Virus record (IMG/VR): IMGVR_UViG_3300029505_000004
Span: 1 to 64,000 of that record
Source of the DNA: a virus
Length of the DNA: 64,000 nucleotides
Direction: 5' to 3' (one strand)
Shown here: one piece after another, positions 61,263-64,000 of the stretch
Numbering within the stretch: position 1 is the first letter of the stretch
Layout: every line of letters begins with the position of its first letter
Notes under the pieces: model-generated
The model's database searches: none
What the model was told of the DNA's origin: nothing
Seen by the model: only the letters and a program-made list of their open reading frames with translations
Made by a program: the position numbers and the translations under genes

Positions 61263-62680
61263 AACTTAATATTACCCCCTATGATTATCAAAAGGAAGGA
61301 ATTGAAAAAGGGCTGGAGTGGAAAAGGCTTTTTTTAGGCGATGAACCGGGCCTGGGGAAGACATGCCAGTCTATCGGTATTGTTAATACCGCAAAGGCAT
61401 ACCCTGCTCTGGTTATCTGTCCATCTTCCCTTAAGATAAACTGGAAAAGAGAATTTGAGAAATTCGCCGGGGCCGAAGCTATTGTTCTTAACGACAATAT
61501 AAAAGCTACATGGGGGTACATGCTGCAAATGCACAACATGGACGTTTGCATCTGCAATTACGAAAGCCTTCGAAAGTATTTTGTTTGGGAGTATAAAAAA
61601 GGCTACCGTCTGAAGGATATAGTATTCAGCCCATTTATCAGCCTGTTCAAGTCTGTAATTATCGACGAAAGCCACCGCTGCAAAGATCCGGGAGCGCAAC
61701 AGTCTAAGTTTGTAGCCGGTCTTGCTGCCGGGAAAGAATATGTTATGCTGCTAACCGGTACACCGGTAGTAAACCGGCCAAGAGATCTGATAGCCCAGCT
61801 TGCTATTATAGACCGCTTAAAAGAGTTTGGAGGAACAAGCTATTTCACGGCCCGGTATGGGGATGGCGAAAATCTGACAGAATTGTCAGAAAAGCTATAC
61901 GAAACATGTCTTGTCCGAAGGGAAAAGAAAGATGTTCTTACCCAGCTTCCGGATAAAACAAGAATGGATATCTATATCGACATAGAGAAGGAAGCACCAC
62001 AAGAGTATTATGAAGCTTACAAGATGGCGGAAGAAAACCTGAAGGAGTATCTATTAACATACAAGTCATGTACTGAATGGCAAGCGCGGGCAAAGATGCG
62101 TAACAAAGCCCTAGTTCAGTTCATGGAGTTAAGATCTCTTGTTGGAATATGCAAGGTCAAACCTGTGATAGATTTTATCAAAGATTTTGTTGCAACAGGG
62201 AAAAAGATCGTTGTTTTCTGTTCATCTCATTCGATTGTTGATTCCATAAAAAAGGCTTTTCCTAAAGCGGTAATGGTTACCGGCCGCGAAAACTATGTAC
62301 AGAAGCAAGCAGCGGTAGATGTGTTTCAAAACCGACCGGAAATCCAAGTGATTATCTGTTCTATAAAGGCTGCCGGTGTTGGAATTACCCTGACAGCTTC
62401 TTCTACTGTTTTGTTCATCGAACAGCCGTGGACCTATGCTGATCTTGTTCAATGCGAGGACCGTTGCCATCGTATAGGGCAGAAGGATAACGTAACCGTA
62501 TACAATGCTCTGGGAAATAACAGCATTGATCACAGGATATACAATCTAATACAAAACAAGAGAAGCATATCCAATCAGATAATGGCTTCTTCTGATGACA
62601 TACCAAAGGATGAATGTTATTTTGACGAACTTGTAAATCTCGTATTGAATGACACAAAAAAGCAAAATAGCAATACTTGA
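61247..62680 (+). CDS. SNF2-family helicase
   Basis: GDEPGLGKTCQ (motif I), IIDESHRCK (motif II), LLTGTPVVNRPRDL (motif III), QCEDRCHRIGQ (motif VI). Confidence 0.9.
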   Translation: MEVPIKLNITPYDYQKEGIEKGLEWKRLFLGDEPGLGKTCQSIGIVNTAKAYPALVICPSSLKINWKREFEKFAGAEAIVLNDNIKATWGYMLQMHNMDVCICNYESLRKYFVWEYKKGYRLKDIVFSPFISLFKSVIIDESHRCKDPGAQQSKFVAGLAAGKEYVMLLTGTPVVNRPRDLIAQLAIIDRLKEFGGTSYFTARYGDGENLTELSEKLYETCLVRREKKDVLTQLPDKTRMDIYIDIEKEAPQEYYEAYKMAEENLKEYLLTYKSCTEWQARAKMRNKALVQFMELRSLVGICKVKPVIDFIKDFVATGKKIVVFCSSHSIVDSIKKAFPKAVMVTGRENYVQKQAAVDVFQNRPEIQVIICSIKAAGVGITLTASSTVLFIEQPWTYADLVQCEDRCHRIGQKDNVTVYNALGNNSIDHRIYNLIQNKRSISNQIMASSDDIPKDECYFDELVNLVLNDTKKQNSNT

Positions 62681-62900
62681 ATGCCTTGAGTATGTAATAT
62701 CTCTTTTCCCGGAAACAAACAGAGGTTACAATGCATCAAGGCCATATCGTAAAGCACTGAAAGAATTTATCCGTGATAATAATTTAGACCATGAAAGAAA
62801 AGAAAATACCATTCCGGAGAAAATCTCCGCTTCGGAAGGTAAGACTAAGGAGAACAAGCAAAAGGCAGGAAGCACTGAACAGGAAGATATCGGCCATTAA
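62649..62900 (+). CDS. possible small ORF (83 aa); overlaps the SNF2 3' end and 110 nt of the HNH gene
   Basis: ORF only; the large overlap makes its true extent doubtful. Confidence 0.25.
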   Translation: MTQKSKIAILECLEYVISLFPETNRGYNASRPYRKALKEFIRDNNLDHERKENTIPEKISASEGKTKENKQKAGSTEQEDIGH

Positions 62901-63138
62901 GAGAGATCTTTCTCAAAGGTGTTGTATATGTGGACGTGAAGCGGTGGATCCCGCTCACCTTCTTCCGCGTTCAACTTATCCGGAATATTATGCAGAGAAA
63001 TGGAATATAGTTCCAATGTGTAGAGAACATCACAGACTATATGACAATAATCTTGAATTCCGTCAACAACAGATCCAATTGTTTAACATCGTGCTGGAAC
63101 ATGATGAATGTGCAGCACACAGATATTTCAGAATATGA
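62791..63138 (+). CDS. HNH endonuclease
   Basis: CCICGREAVDPAHLLPRS ... VPMCREHHRLYDNN (CxxC ... H ... CxxHH). Confidence 0.8.
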   Translation: MKEKKIPFRRKSPLRKVRLRRTSKRQEALNRKISAIKRDLSQRCCICGREAVDPAHLLPRSTYPEYYAEKWNIVPMCREHHRLYDNNLEFRQQQIQLFNIVLEHDECAAHRYFRI

Positions 63139-63662
63139 ATATAACAAAATCAATAGCAGAACAAGTAGCATTAAGGATGATACAGCCTATTGCCGAACGC
63201 ATCAGTAACGAAAATGATACATTAAACGAAATAGTGAATGAAATAGCTATTAGAAGTATTCCAAAACAAGTTTATAATACTTACAAAGAATATCCAAGAT
63301 TCTTTGCAACAACAAGATGTATCTATCTGGTAAATGGAACACAGATTACTAGGGTTGAAGTCAAAAACAGGTTTCCTACTGCTAGTTCAACTGGAGGATT
63401 GAACGTACCATGTAAACCTGAAGAAATGGAAACTGTATCAGAAATTCAGAATAGAATACAAGAGTTGAGAGATGAAAAAAGTAGAACATATAATTCGATT
63501 GTAAATACTCTTATTTCTTTGAAAACATCAAAAAAAGTAATGGAGTGTTTTCCCGAAGCGTATGAATATATAAAAGCGTATGAGAATAAAACAACAAATG
63601 AAGTATCTCTTCCGGTTGAGACTATAATGAACACAATAAATATAAAAATAATTAAGTTATGA
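63135..63662 (+). CDS. hypothetical protein (175 aa)
   Basis: ATG at 63135 overlaps the HNH stop (ATGA); the track start at 63108 is probably an upstream extension. Confidence 0.55.
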   Translation: MNITKSIAEQVALRMIQPIAERISNENDTLNEIVNEIAIRSIPKQVYNTYKEYPRFFATTRCIYLVNGTQITRVEVKNRFPTASSTGGLNVPCKPEEMETVSEIQNRIQELRDEKSRTYNSIVNTLISLKTSKKVMECFPEAYEYIKAYENKTTNEVSLPVETIMNTINIKIIKL

Positions 63663-64000
63663 AAAATTACACACCTGAAAAAATTACAAGCCTTAAAGAG
63701 AATGAAATTTTTGTTTTTGGATCGAATCTCAATGGAAATCATGCTGGCGGTGCTGCCTGTTTAGCGGTAGAAAAATTTGGCGCGCAAATGGGAAATCCTG
63801 AAGGAATACAAGGCCAGTCTTATGCTATTCCTACATTGGATAAAAATATGGATCGTATTAATCTTACTGACTTGGAACAGTCAATATGCAGATTTTACCA
63901 ATATGCCGAGGAAAACCCAGGGAAGGTATTCTACATGACAAAAATAGGTTGCGGCATTGCCGGATATGAATTGTCAGATATTGCCACAGTGGTTAATTGC
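63659..64000 (+). CDS. 5' part of a conserved phage protein (IFVFGSNLNGNHAGGAA ... GQSYAIPT family); 3' end lies outside the window
   Basis: Hand translation; ATGA overlap with the upstream stop; open to the window end. The motif resembles the A1S_2505-type phage non-structural family (recalled, unverified). Confidence 0.5.
   Translation, partial: MKNYTPEKITSLKENEIFVFGSNLNGNHAGGAACLAVEKFGAQMGNPEGIQGQSYAIPTLDKNMDRINLTDLEQSICRFYQYAEENPGKVFYMTKIGCGIAGYELSDIATVVNC

Noticed and set aside
62649-62900. 83-aa ORF as a bona fide gene
   Set aside because: It overlaps the motif-supported HNH gene by 110 nt in another frame. At most its first ~45 codons could be real. It is listed as a feature only at low confidence.
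1-64000. Diversity-generating retroelement, retron, toxin-antitoxin pair or known defence-system signatures (reverse transcriptase, Cas, TIR, SIR2, etc.)
   Set aside because: I saw no reverse-transcriptase YxDD block, no template/variable repeat pair, and none of these domains in any long ORF.

Overview
The whole window is phage DNA. It fits best a temperate phage with no tape-measure gene (podovirus-like) from a Bacteroidota-type host. The host call is an inference from the integrase type, TAnnTTTG promoter-like motifs, ATGA-coupled genes without obvious Shine-Dalgarno spacing, and an IS982-type IS. Layout: (i) 1-13060 is a plus-strand early/replication-accessory operon of tightly coupled small genes (VRR-NUC nuclease, DnaC/IstB-like ATPase, YopX, DPPH DNA methyltransferase, ASCH-like, dNTP pyrophosphohydrolase-like). 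It ends with an 835-aa probable structural protein and a bidirectional terminator. (ii) 13089-30602 holds minus-strand late genes: three tandem paralogs, a lysis cassette (holin, GH108 endolysin, u-spanin-like lipoprotein), an accessory island with a LuxR/GerE HTH gene, tail genes including a 1655-aa fibre with a C-terminal S74 chaperone domain, and head genes. (iii) 30690-33606 is a plus-strand packaging cassette with a rhomboid-family membrane protease homologue directly upstream of the large terminase. (iv) 33603-52000 holds the minus-strand portal candidate and an ejection/internal-protein module. It is dominated by a giant DarB-like polyvalent gene (pyrophosphatase-like + N6-adenine MTase + strawberry-notch-type helicase) interrupted by a ~1.07-kb IS982-family element. 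Removing the IS in silico fuses the 3793-aa and 750-aa ORFs in frame (~4545 aa). (v) 52001-57880 is the lysogeny/control region: an HTH protein, a tyrosine integrase next to a 3' tRNA-Thr(CGU) fragment (attP-like), two AT-rich moron genes, a CI/LexA-type S24 repressor with paired operators, tRNA-Arg(CCU), tRNA-Met(CAU), a degenerate tRNA-like element, and a repeat-dense non-coding zone with phased TGCTAGCA arrays (ori/operator candidate). (vi) 57881-64000 holds recombination/replication genes (RecT-like, PD-(D/E)xK exonuclease, SNF2 helicase, HNH). All functional calls come from reading motifs by eye; no database search was possible.
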